In this document: positions 1-9,950 of the stretch, one piece after another | Position numbering within the stretch: position 1 is the first letter of the stretch | How the letters are laid out: every line of letters starts with the position of its first letter | Source of the DNA: Catajapyx aquilonaris | Taxonomy: Eukaryota | Length of the DNA stretch: 20,000 nucleotides | NCBI GenBank assembly: GCA_000934665.2 | Contig: JYFJ02001691.1 | Coordinates: forward strand, 52,830-72,829 | Direction of reading: 5' to 3' | Position numbers and translations under genes: made by a program | Notes under the pieces: generated by a model | The model's input: the letters and a program-made list of their open reading frames with translations, nothing else | Databases searched by the model: none | What the model was told of the DNA's origin: nothing

Positions 1-63
1 AGGGAAGTTGATATTGAGTTACGGTATTCTCATGTCTGACGGCAGCTTACACGAGAATAGTCA

Positions 64-240
64 TATTACCTTGTGATTACACAAGATTACCTTGTGATTA
101 CACAATACTACCTTGTGATTACACAAGACTACATTGTGATTACACAAGATTACCTTGTGATTACACATGATTACCTTGTGATTACACAAGATTACCTTGT
201 GATTACACACGATTACCCAGATTACATTATGATTACTCAC
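64..240. repeat. 21-bp minisatellite (GATTACCTTGT-GATTACACAA)n, same motif family as the internal array of the hAT-type MITEs at 1148 and 3156
   Basis: About 7 tandem copies of ccttgtgattacacaagatta, degenerating towards 240. This explains the repetitive ITQDYLV ORF. Confidence 0.9.
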
Positions 241-249
241 ATTATATTA

Positions 250-573
250 CTAGCTGCGGCACCCGGCGCGGCGTTGCCCGGGAAGAAATGAATGAAGTGA
301 AAACACCTGCCAGTACCCCCGTCAACTGTCTGTCTTTCTGTGTGTCCGGCCACCAATGCCATCTGTGGTCCTGCTACTCCAACACCTTGAACCTCTCCCG
401 CCTGTATAACGGCAACCGTCATTTGCCTGCCATCTGTAGTCAACCCCCAACACCTCCATCCTCTCCTGGCCTGGGGGTGGAGCACAGATGGCAGGCAAAT
501 GACGGTTGGCAGGCGGACAGACAGACAGACAGACAGAGACAGACAGACTCACAAACGGCTTTATTTATATAGA
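250..573 (-). mobile_element. Non-autonomous Helitron, copy 1 (Lep1-like architecture)
   Basis: On the minus strand it starts TCTATATAAATAAAG, followed by a (CTGT)n microsatellite, and ends in a GC-rich hairpin (CCCGGGCAACGCC..GCCGGG) then CTAG. It sits between host A and T with no TSD. A near-identical copy with the same ends and different flanks lies at 2698-3034. Confidence 0.88.
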
Positions 574-1147
574 TTGTTCACATTGTAAATATTCTAATGG
601 TCCAGCGTCCAGGCTTATAGCCCTCTCTGTAATTACGGGTCTAATAATAATAGAGTGCTCCAAAATGGCGGGTGCTGAAAGACACTACAATAGATAAAAA
701 GAAATCTACTCTTTAGAAAGACATAACACAATTATGGCAGGGGGAAAAAAACAGCTCAATCCACCCCCTTACCCTCTTTTCCCTTTTTTTTGGAAAAAAT
801 AAACTTGTGTTACTTAGCCGAACTAAAGAACCCTTGGCGTCTTATCCTCTTGGTTCGAGTTCTTCGTTTGGGGGGGGGGAAAGAAGAATTTTTTGTTTTA
901 TTTCCTCCTTCCGAGCCGATTCTCTCCACGGAAACTTGGTAATGAGTTCCCAACCGAGCAAACAAAGGGGGCGAAGAAGAGGCCTAGAGGCAACCACGTC
1001 CATAGTATAGTCTCTTCAGAAAATTCGGGACAGACCAACTGGACATCATGGACACATTCTATATAGGTTCAATATAATTATGGTAGCAGAGCGTGGTTGA
1101 GTCAGCGTTTTTGTTAGTAGCTTCTGGGAGTTGATCTCAGGTCATCA

Positions 1148-1980
1148 CAAGGGGTTACCGACTATCTTAATAAGTGTACTATGGGGCTCATATTGTTTTG
1201 GCCACTTGCTTCAAGACCAGGATAAAGTGGCCAAAACAATTTTAGCCCCATAGTACACCATGATTACCCTAGATTACCTTATAATTATACTTTATTCCTT
1301 TATGATTATACTTCATTGCCTTATGAGAACACTTCATTACCTTATGAGAACACTTCATTACCTTATGAGAACACTTCATTACCTTATGAGAACACTTCCT
1401 TACCTCATGATTACACTATATTACCCACATTACCTGATGATTACACTATATTACCTTATGATTACCTTATAATTTATTACACTATATTACCTTATAATTT
1501 ATTACACTATATTACCTTATGATTACACTATATTGCCCAAATTACCTTATAATTTATTACACTATATTACCTTATGATTACACTATATTACCCAGATTAC
1601 CTTATAATTTATTACACTATATTACCTTATGATTACACTATATATTACCTTATGATTACACTATATTGCCCAGATTTCCTTATAATTTATTACACTATAT
1701 TACCTTATGAATACCATTATTACTTTATGAATACCCATTATTACCCAAGATTACCTAATGATTACACTATATTACCTTATGAATACCATTATTACCTTAT
1801 GAATACCCATTATTACCCAAGATTACCTTATGATTACCCTGATAACCTTATGATTATCTAGAAAATATTAAGATTTTCTCTGATTAAGTGCTTGTGATTA
1901 TTATGATTACCTATTATTTCTACATGATTACCAGGATTATCAAACGAAGTGTACACCAGATTGATAGTGGTAACTCCTCG
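1148..1980. mobile_element. hAT-type MITE with internal GATTAC/TATTAC array (degenerate copy, inverted relative to 3156-4205)
   Basis: Ends are caaggggttaccgact...agtggtaactcctcg. Both subterminal regions (gtacaccatgattaccctagattac and caaacgaagtgtacacc) match the reverse complement of the 3156-4205 copy. Imperfect 8-bp TSD ggtcatca/ggtcctcc (6/8). Confidence 0.75.
1179..1253. mobile_element. 75-bp hairpin MITE with TA target duplication (Tc1/mariner-type), nested in the hAT-type MITE
   Basis: TA|ctatggggct-catattgttttggccactt...aagtggccaaaacaattt-tagccccatag|TA. Removing it and one TA restores gtgTAcac, the host subterminal motif also seen at ~1949 and ~3183. Confidence 0.75.
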
Positions 1981-2142
1981 GGTCCTCCACTGACCCCGTA
2001 AGGTCACTCAGGATCGTGGTAACAACTACCTGCCTGCAGTCAGGCCGTTACACGACTGACTGCAATGTCCACGCCCAGCAGACGCCACGGCTATCTAGTG
2101 ATTGGCGTCACAAGGTGTCAAAATAACCTGAAATGAACATAC

Positions 2143-2283
2143 CAAGGAGTTAACCACTTCGGTACTCCGGTGTACACGTGCAGTGGTACTCTCAGGTACT
2201 CCTTAGGTATCTTTGGTACTCCTTGGTACTCCTTGAATTTGGTACTCCATTGTACACTTTACAGTCGAGTGGTTAACCCCTTG
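2143..2283. mobile_element. 141-bp hAT-type MITE with internal GGTACTCC repeats
   Basis: TIRs caaggagttaaccact / agtggttaaccccttg (15/16). 8-bp TSD gaacatac (2135-2142) / gatcatac (2284-2291). Subterminal tgtacac motifs and about 6 ggtactc(c) motifs. Confidence 0.85.
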
Positions 2284-2291
2284 GATCATAC

Positions 2292-2615
2292 ATTAGAAAT
2301 CTTGAAATCACAGTCCAATCAAAATCTTTTTTCATCAGAAACCTTGCAATTGGAGGATGTGCCTTAGACCATATATACCTCTTCTTCCAATTAGAAATAA
2401 AACTGGTTGTGCACCGGCAACAAGCCAGCAGACAATTTCATTAGCTGATGGGAACGGAGGGTGGAGAGTAGGAGAAAGATGAAAGAAACTCAGAGAATAG
2501 GGAGGTTACAGAAAGAAAGTTACAAGGAAAGGGGAGAAACTTGGCACAAAATGAGTCAAAATGTGCTAGGGGCTACTGGAAGGACCAAAATATTGTGAAG
2601 GGTGTATGCAACAAT
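2292..2615 (+). pseudogene. Probable decayed 3' end of an RTE-clade LINE ORF
   Basis: Manual translation across frameshifts and stops gives SNQNL...NWLCTGNKPADNFIS*WERRVESRRK...KESYKERGETWHKMSQ...WK..IVKGVC. This resembles the RTE C-terminal pattern SNEEL...WIGHTLRKPAD.I...LEW.P.G.RR...KE.G.TW.E...W...V.ALC. The pattern is recalled from memory and was not searched. Confidence 0.4.
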
Positions 2616-2697
2616 CCAGGTGGCGCCATCCGTTGACAGAAATATTGCCTGTCCCAAATAATTCGTGTTATATTGTGTATTTTAGACTTATATTATA

Positions 2698-2969
2698 CTA
2701 GCTGCGGCACCCGGCGTTGCCCGGGAAGAAATGAATGAAGGGAAAACACCTGCCAGTACCCCCGTCAACTGTCTGTCTTTCTGTGTGTCCGGCCACCAAT
2801 GACATCTGTGGTCGTGCTACTCCAACACCTTCAACCTCTCCCGCCTGTATAACGGCAACCGTCATTTGCCTGCCATCTGTAGTCATCCCCCAACACCTCC
2901 ATCCTCTCCCGGCCAGGGGGTGGAGCACAGATGGCAGGCAAATGACGGTTGGCAGGCGGACAGACAGAC

Positions 2970-3009
<40 letters not shown>

Positions 3010-3034
3010 TCACAAACTGCCTTATTTATATAGA
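2698..3034 (-). mobile_element. Non-autonomous Helitron, copy 2
   Basis: Same TC/CTAG termini, 3' hairpin and A|T target as copy 1, with a longer (ACAG)n tract. Confidence 0.88.
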
Positions 3035-3155
3035 TTTCTAGTCTAAAAAAGTCTTAAAGAACGGCTCTGTCCGTTTGTCTGTCTGTGGAGAGGTATCAGG
3101 GCCTAAACCGCAAGAGACAGGGAAATCGGTTTTCGGATTCGGATTCAGCGGAGCC
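3035..3155 (+). mobile_element. Truncated 5' fragment of the Helentron/HINE family found at 17.7-20 kb
   Basis: aaaaagtct...gaacggctctgtccg..gtggagaggtatcagggcctaaaccgcaagaga...gttttcggattcggattcagcgga matches the repeat core at 17760-20000. The partner motif tttagactt (~2681-2689) lies on the other side of the Helitron insertion. Confidence 0.75.
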
Positions 3156-4205
3156 CAAGGGGTTACCCACTCTGGTAATATGGTGTACACTTCGTTTGGT
3201 AATCATGTAGCAATCATAGGTAATCATGATGATAATCATAAGCACGTAAACATGGAAAATCTCAAGATAATCATAAGATAATCTGGATGATAATAATAGG
3301 TAATCATAATGTAATCTGTGTAATAATGGGTAATCAGAAGGTAATTTGGGTAATCATTATTAATCATGCGGTCGGTAATAATGGGTAATCTAGGGGTAAT
3401 CTGTGTAATAATGGGTAATCAGAAGGTAATTTGGGTAATCATTATTAATCATGCGGTCGGTAATAATGGGTAATCTAGGGGTAATCAGGGAAATAATAGG
3501 TATTCATAAGGTAAGATATGGTAATAATAATGCAATCTAGGGTAATCATACGGTCATCTAGTGTAATCACAATGTAATCATGGGTAATCACAAGGTATGT
3601 AATCGTAGTCTAATCACAATGTAATCTACTGTAACCACACGGTAATCACAGGGTATTCTAGTGTAATCATAATGTAATCTTGGGTAATCACAGTGTAATC
3701 GAGGGTAATCTAGGGTAATCACAGTGTAATCTAGGGTAATCTAGGGTAATCAGTGTAATCTATGGTAATCTAGGGTAATCACAGTGTAATCTATGGTAAT
3801 CTAGGGTAATCTAATGTAATCTTGGGTAATCACAGTGTAATCTATGGTAATCTAGGGTAATCTAATGTAATCTTGGGTAATCACAGTGTAATCTATGGTA
3901 ATCTAGGGTAATCTAATGTAATCTTGGGTAATCAGTGTAATCTAGGGTAATCTAGGGTAATCACAATGTAATCATGGGCAATCACAATGTAATCTAATGT
4001 AATCTTGGGTAATCACAGTGTAATCTAGGGTAATCTAAGGTAATCACAATGTAATCATGGGCAATCACAATGTAATCTAATGTAATCATCATGTAATCTA
4101 GTGTAACCATACGGTAATCTAGTGTAATCACACGGTATTCTTGGGTAATCATAATGTAATCTAGGGTCATCATGGTGTGCAGTTAGGAGAGTGGGTAACC
4201 CCTAG
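3156..4205. mobile_element. ~1.05-kb hAT-type MITE filled with a GTAATC (=GATTAC) array
   Basis: Perfect 16-bp inverted repeat aggggttacccactct (3158-3173) / agagtgggtaacccct (4188-4203) enclosing ~950 bp of gtaatc-based 10/11-bp units. No clear TSD. Confidence 0.8.
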
Positions 4206-4230
4206 CCTTGTACAGTACTGTACCAGACAC

Positions 4231-4386
4231 TCTTGTTGCTAAGTTAGTCATTATTACGACTCATGTGGCGCCATCTGTTGACAACACGCCACATTACAGT
4301 GGCAGTCCCGAATAATTCGCGTTTTATTGTGCCTTTTTCTTACTGGCAAGTCTTGTTGCTAAGTTAGCCATTATTTCTACTCACGT
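4231..4386. repeat. Local direct repeat (120-bp spacing) plus a dispersed repeat shared with ~2620-2680
   Basis: tcttgttgctaagttag(t/c)cattatt occurs at 4231 and 4351. gtggcgccatc(t/c)gttgaca...gtccc(g/a)aataattcg(c/t)gtt(t/a)tattgtg occurs at ~4265-4331 and ~2620-2678. Confidence 0.7.
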
Positions 4387-5060
4387 AAAGCCAGGATTGG
4401 TCCACACAAAAAAAAAAAAATATCTAGACCCTTGAAGGCAATTGGTAGGGTCTGCCCTGAGGGCGACTCGATTGGAGTTTGTTAAACCTGTGTTGGTACT
4501 ACGTCTGTTGACACTCTCGTTCTCTCCATCCCAAAGATTTTCTCTCTCTTTCTCTATCTTGCTTTTTTCCCCAGCTTTTTCCTCCTGGAGGCTATTGGGC
4601 TTCGTCAGGCAGGACGCGTCCTAAACTATACGCCAGTGTTACGTTGCCGATCCCCACTGAGGAGCTACACGAGCTACTCCGTGATAAGAAAGGGGCCCTT
4701 TTGGGGGGTGAGGGGGAGAGGGGAAGTTACATTGTCAGTTATACCATTCGGTGGTATCCACAAATGTGGAAAAATATTTTGTGCCAGAAATATTTTTGTT
4801 CGGTTCGGTTCGGAAATTTCCGGGGGGAAAATCGGTAAGAAAAAGTTAGGTTAGGTTCGATTCGATAAAGTCCGATAATGTTTGGTTCGATTGGATTCGC
4901 AAAAGTTCTGTTGATTTCGGTTAGAATGGTTCGGTTCCGAAAATATTTGGGGGGGAAAAATCGGTAGGCCTAAGTCGGTTCTATTTGGAAGAGTTCGGAT
5001 AAGTTCGGTCGGAATGGCCCGATTCGGAAAATTTCGGGGGGGGGGGGGGGGGGGAACGGG

Positions 5061-5066
5061 NNNNNN
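5061..5066. other. Assembly gap (N6) within poly-G
   Basis: nnnnnn flanked by long G runs. The local sequence is unreliable. Confidence 0.95.
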
Positions 5067-5499
5067 GGGGGGGGGGGGAACCGGTAAGAAAAAGTTCGGT
5101 TCGGTTCGGAAATGTTCGGAAATTTCGGAGAAAAAACAATCGGTAAGAAAAGATCGGTTCGATTCGATTCGGAAAAGTTCGGTAAGAATGGCCCGATTCG
5201 GTAAATTTCGGAGGGAGGATTGGTAATGAAAAGTTCGGTTCGGTTAGGTTCGATTCGGAAATGTTCAAAAATGTTCGGTTAGATAAAATTCGGGAAAAAA
5301 TCGGTAAGAAAAGATCGGTTCGATTCGGAAAAGTTCGGTTAGAACGGCTCGATTCGGAAATTTCGGGGGAAAAATCGGTTCGATTCGATTCGGAAAAGTT
5401 CGATCGGTTCGATTCGACAAAGTTCGGTTAAGTTCGGTAAGGACAATTCTGTTCGGAAAAATTCGGTAGGAAAATTTTCGGTTAGGGTTATAGGACAGT

Positions 5500-5500
<1 letters not shown>

Positions 5501-5580
<80 letters not shown>

Positions 5581-5851
5581 TCATACCCCGTTATTAGCCG
5601 GCGGCTCTTTAGGGGGGATATTTTTGACTGGAACTCTTCGTTCCGTTTTTACTGCGCTTTTTGGGATATGATAGGTAAGGAAGGAGGCGGCTGTGGCCTA
5701 TTAGTTTAGGAAACAACTCCGGAATTCTCCTGGAGGAACCGTGGGAAACCACAGAAAACCACGGTTAGAGTTGCCGGCACCGGGATTCAAACCCAGGACC
5801 TCCCGATTAGCAGTCGGATACCATATCCCCTCCGCCACCACTGCTTCGGTT
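5501..5851 (-). mobile_element. tRNA-derived SINE, copy 1, with long (ATT)n tail
   Basis: Minus strand shows box A-like TGGCGGAGGGG, anticodon arm CCGA-CTGCTAA-TCGG, box B-like GGTTTGAATCC and a tail of ~27 ATT units (5501-5580). Perfect 15-bp TSD ggttataggacagtt at 5486-5500 and 5852-5866. Second copy at 13041. Confidence 0.92.
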
Positions 5852-5999
5852 GGTTATAGGACAGTTCAGTTTGGTTCGGTTCAGTTCGGTAAAAATTCGG
5901 TAAGAAAAAGTTCGTTAGGATCGGTTCGATGAACCGAATCGAACCGATCCTAACGAACTTTTTCTTACTTTCTTCTGAAAAATTAGCTACAAAAAATAT

Positions 6000-6510
6000 G
6001 GCTGTGCGATATTTCGATATATCGACTGTCGATGCGATATTTTCCTAATATCGAAGTTGCGGTATCCGACGCTTGGCATGTTCGATGTATCGAATATCGC
6101 GATTTTTCGATGTCGGTTTTCGATATTTTTCGATGTCGGTTTTCGTTTTTTTTCGATGTCGGTTTTCGGTTTTTTTTTCGATGTCGGTTCGATGTCGGTT
6201 TTCGGTTTTTTTCGATGTCGGTTCGATGTCGGTTTTAGGTTTTTTTCGATGTCGGTTTTCGATGTCGATTTTTCGATATTTCTCGAAGTCGGTTAGATGT
6301 CGGTTTTCTATATTTTTAATGTCGGTTTTCGGTTTTTTTGGGATGTCGGTTCGATGTCGGGTTTCGATATTTTTCGATGTCGGTTTTAGGTTTTTTTCGA
6401 TGTCGGTTTTCGATGTCGATTTTCGATGTCGATTTTCGATATATCGACTTCGATTCGATATTGTAAAGTATCGAAAGTCGATATGTAATTTCGGATATCG
6501 CACATCCCTG
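6000..6510. mobile_element. hAT-type MITE with internal (TCGATGTCGGT) array, copy 1
   Basis: Ends ggctgtgcgatat ... atatcgcacatccctg, with the left end eroded. Flanking 8-mer aaaaatat at 5992-5999 and 6511-6518. Homologous inverted copy at 15838-16339. Confidence 0.85.
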
Positions 6511-7254
6511 AAAAATATCGGTTCGGTTCGAAAAGGTTCGGTTAGGAATAGTTCGGTTCGGTAAGCCATCGACGTCATTGTACCCGTAGGGTATACACGC
6601 CTGTCAGCACCCTATAGACACCATAGCTGGTCTATCCTCTACCCATTTTCCCATAGCGTCTGAGTCCACAAGGACTTCATCTCAGGAGCGTCGAAAAACA
6701 TGGAATCGCAATCTATCTCTTTCATGCTCTGTAATCAAGAACACTTTCTTCTCCTTTTCTCTCTGCGTCATTCCGATTTGGTTGGGAAATACCCAATGAA
6801 AATCCCTGTTTTTGGCACTGTCTAGGATAGTAGGGGGAAGGAGGGAGAAGGAGGACGTAGGGAATGCCCATCCACCATAAATCAAAGTTTGTCCTCGAAG
6901 CTACTAGAGTGTCGTCAAATTTGGCTTCGTTCTCCTTGCTTACCTCTGCGAAACTTCATGTCCTAAGTGCATTATCCTTCTTTTTTCTCTCTATAAGATA
7001 CCAAAAAGAAAGAAGTACACTAGAGACTTCTTGCGAGCGTCAATGAAAGCTTTCTTTTTACTCCTTTTCGACACAATTTTTGGACATTCCCATGGGTTTG
7101 GAACCCCTTTTCTTCTGATGGATTGGGCTATTGACAGCCACTCTGCTTCTGTCCAATTTATTCGGTGTTAAGTTGACAACAATGGTGACATTATTTGTGG
7201 TGGAAGCGATGTGAGTCAATTTACTATTTTGTTAAACTAGAAAATGGCTTCTAG

Positions 7255-8625
7255 ATCGGGTTTGAGCCTGTTTTATCAATTTTGATCAATTTTGATCAGT
7301 TTCAGCGCATTTTTGCCCACATTGTCGATTTTATCAATGTTATAGTCCTTTTTATATATTTTATTGGGTTTGAGCCTGTTTATCGATTTTGATAAATTTT
7401 GATCAATTTCAGCGCATTTTTGCCCTTCTTAGTCGATTTTTATCAATGTTACATCGATTTTATTGGGCTTTTCGGATTTTACCAGATTTTATCGTGTATT
7501 GTTGATTCTTAGCATATTATCTGCATCTATTGTATCTATTTAAAGTCCGTATGTAGTCCAATATTAAGGTAATCGATATTAAATATGATAACAATCGACA
7601 CATCTAAACTAATAAAAATGATCACATTCGATATTAAATCGATGTACTCAGATATAAGAATCTACACTACATCGAAGAAAGATGATAATAATCGATACAA
7701 AATTAATAAAAATTATCAGAATGTAATCTGATAACAAGTAATTTATAGTAGATAAATTCATCCTTACATCGATTTGATATCGATTTTGATCATTTCGTTC
7801 GTTTCGTATCGACTGCTTTCATATTGCGGCGATTTAGTATGGCTTCATATAGGACTACAGCGATGTAATATAAATTCTGAACATATTTTATCAAATTATA
7901 TCGATTACTATTACATATCATCGATTTAATATCGGTATTGTCAGATTAAATAGATGTACGGTTCCGAACACATTTTATCCCATTACTATCGATTCCTAAT
8001 ATATTTTATCCAATTAACATCGATTTTTATTGTATTTTATCGATTACTAGCGATCGTTGTTGTATGGTATTGATTAATATCGATCGTTGTTGTATGTTGT
8101 CGATTAATATTGATGGCTTTCATATGGCATGAATAATATCGATTGTTAACAGATGGTATCGATTGTTAACATATTGTATCGATATAATATCAATTGTTTA
8201 CAGATCGTATCGATTGTTAACATATTGTGTCGATATAATATCGATTGTTAACATATTGTGTCGATATAATATCGATTGTTAACATATTGTGTCGATATAA
8301 TATCGATTGTTAACAGATGGTATCGATTAACATATTGTGTCGATATAATATCGATTGCTAACAGGTGGTATCGATTAACATATTGTGTCGATATAATATC
8401 GATTGTTAACAGATGGTATCGATTGTTAACAGATGGTATCGATTGTTAACAGATGGTATCGATTGTTAACATATTGTATCGATATAATATATATTGTTAA
8501 CAGACGGTATCGATATAATATCGCTCTTTGTTGTTTTCCTAGATGTAATATCGATTCTATCGGATATTTTCAGTCTCATCGATATCCTACCCATTTCCTA
8601 TCAATTGCTGTCAATTTTTATGGAT
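7255..8625. repeat. ATCGAT-rich degenerate array with a ~108-bp duplication (7258/7366) and 31-/20-bp minisatellites (~8135-8520)
   Basis: gggtttgagcctgttt...cagcgcatttttgccc occurs twice. catattgtgtcgatataatatcgattgttaa (31 bp) and atcgattgttaacagatggt (20 bp) occur in tandem. Confidence 0.8.
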
Positions 8626-9039
8626 TTTAATAATAAAGAATGTTCTAGTTGCCTCAGTATTGAACAGATGGCCTGGAATATCTGGGAAATGTAACGGACC
8701 AGGGGCCAAGGCGGGACTTACGGGTAGCCATGACAATTTCACCTGCAGAGAGCTTGGCTTCCTCGAGGGCTGTTTGCCCTCTGCCTGTCTCCTTCTGGAA
8801 ACCCATCGTCTGATTCCTTTCTTTGGCCTCAGGGCTCCACGCGACCATCCGCGTAAGGAGGGGGAAGGCGGAGGAATAGGGAGTGGGGGGGGGGGTAAGG
8901 AGGGGGGAAAAGGACTATAATTTCTCAACGTTGTGATAAAAATGAGGAAACTTTTCTGACAAGGTTTCGACTCCTGGCAAGTAGGAAGTAGTTTCATGGC
9001 CTTATGTGCCCATAAGAAATATTTTTTTGAATGATACTC

Positions 9040-9950
9040 AAAATTTGATTGATATTTTTGGCATTTGGGTGACATTTGATTGATTTTTATTAGTATTTTA
9101 GACTGATATTTTGCTGATTGATTTTTGGCATTTCATAGGCATTTGTTTGAGTTGTGATTGATGCGTTTAATTTTTTGATTGGCATTTGTTTGATTTGTAA
9201 TAATTGATGTTTAATTTTTGATTCAGCTGTAATTGACGTTTCATTAACATTTGATTGATATTTTTGATTGGTTTTTGATCGATTTGATTGGTCTTTTTAA
9301 TGATATTATGGATTGATTTTTTTGATTGGCATGATTGATTTGTTATTGATGTTTAATGTATTTTGACGATTGAGTTGTGATTGACAACTCACAACTCAAT
9401 CATCAAAATATACTAATAAATATATTTAAGTATAAATATTTATATATAAATACTAGAAAAACCCTCGCTTCGCTCACATTTTTCTATGACGCTTCCCTCG
9501 CTTTTTCTAGGCCTGCGGCCTCCGGTGTAGGCCATGTTGTTAATGATGCTCATCCAACCATTATCCGCATCATACTCCCCTCCCTCCCTCCTCCCTCCTT
9601 ATATGAACCCTTTTGATTGATTTGTGATTGTTGCTTATTATATTTCCGCTCAAGTTCTGATTGACATTTGATTGGCAGTTGAGTGATATTTGACTGAAAT
9701 TTTTGGCTGAAATTTTTGACTGATGTAATATATCAGTCAAAAATTTCAGTCAAAAATTTCAGTCAAAAATATTTCAGTCCAATAATATTTGACTGAAATT
9801 TTTGACTGATATATTTGACTGAAATTTTTTGACTGAAATTTTTGACTGATATATTTTACTGATATATTTGACTGATATATTTGACTGATATTTTTAGAAT
9901 GATAATTTGTTGCCATTTTTGATTGATTTGATTGAATTTGATTGATATTA
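9040..9950. repeat. Low-complexity TTGATTG / TTTGACTGA array
   Basis: T/G-skewed ttgattg motifs at 9040-9380 and 9613-9950, with 13-14-bp tgactgaaattttt/tgactgatatatt units at ~9690-9895. Confidence 0.75.
9453..9525 (-). mobile_element. Possible Helitron/Helentron-like 3' terminal remnant
   Basis: Minus strand reads GGCCGCAGGCC-TAGAAAAA...GAGCGAAGCGAGGG-TTTTTCTAG|T: a short inverted motif and a CTAG end abutting an AT-rich tract. No 5' end identified. Confidence 0.35.

Larger units (their letters stand above)
4797..6563. repeat. Degenerate (TTCGG/TTCGA)n array, interrupted by a SINE and a hAT-type MITE
   Basis: Dense gttcggttcg/gattcgg/cggtaagaaaa motifs at 4797-5485, 5867-5968 and 6519-6563. 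No termini recognised. Confidence 0.8.

Noticed and set aside
600..665. Minus-strand peptide IIIRPVITERAISL resembling the ribosomal protein uL23 N-terminus
   Set aside because: The match is very short, similarity does not continue and there is no start context. Likely chance.
4210..4223. 14-bp perfect palindrome gtacagtactgtac, and small hairpins at 25-59 and ~16884-16905
   Set aside because: Too short to distinguish from background in such repeat-rich DNA.
4590..4612. CTGACGA on the minus strand (also CTGATGA at ~11795 and ~18511) as hammerhead ribozyme cores
   Set aside because: No properly paired stem II followed by GAAA, and no stems I/III.
4430..4620. Open minus-strand frame (DASCLTKPNSLQEEKAGEKSKIEKERENLW...) as a host exon, and similar frames at ~830-1005, 6680-7250 and 15270-15450
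   Set aside because: Splice signals are weak, no recognisable homology, and neighbouring segments contain stops. A gene model cannot be supported without RNA-seq.
5339..5584. Poly-Tyr ORF
   Set aside because: It is the translation of the SINE (ATT)n tail.
6032..6578. Long overlapping ORFs (up to 177 aa), and their counterparts at 15762-16200
   Set aside because: They are translations of the stop-poor TCGATGTCGG array inside a MITE, with repetitive peptides in several frames.
8611..9075. 154-aa minus-strand ORF
   Set aside because: It spans low-complexity TTGA sequence and a G-rich tract (poly-Pro), with no recognisable domain.
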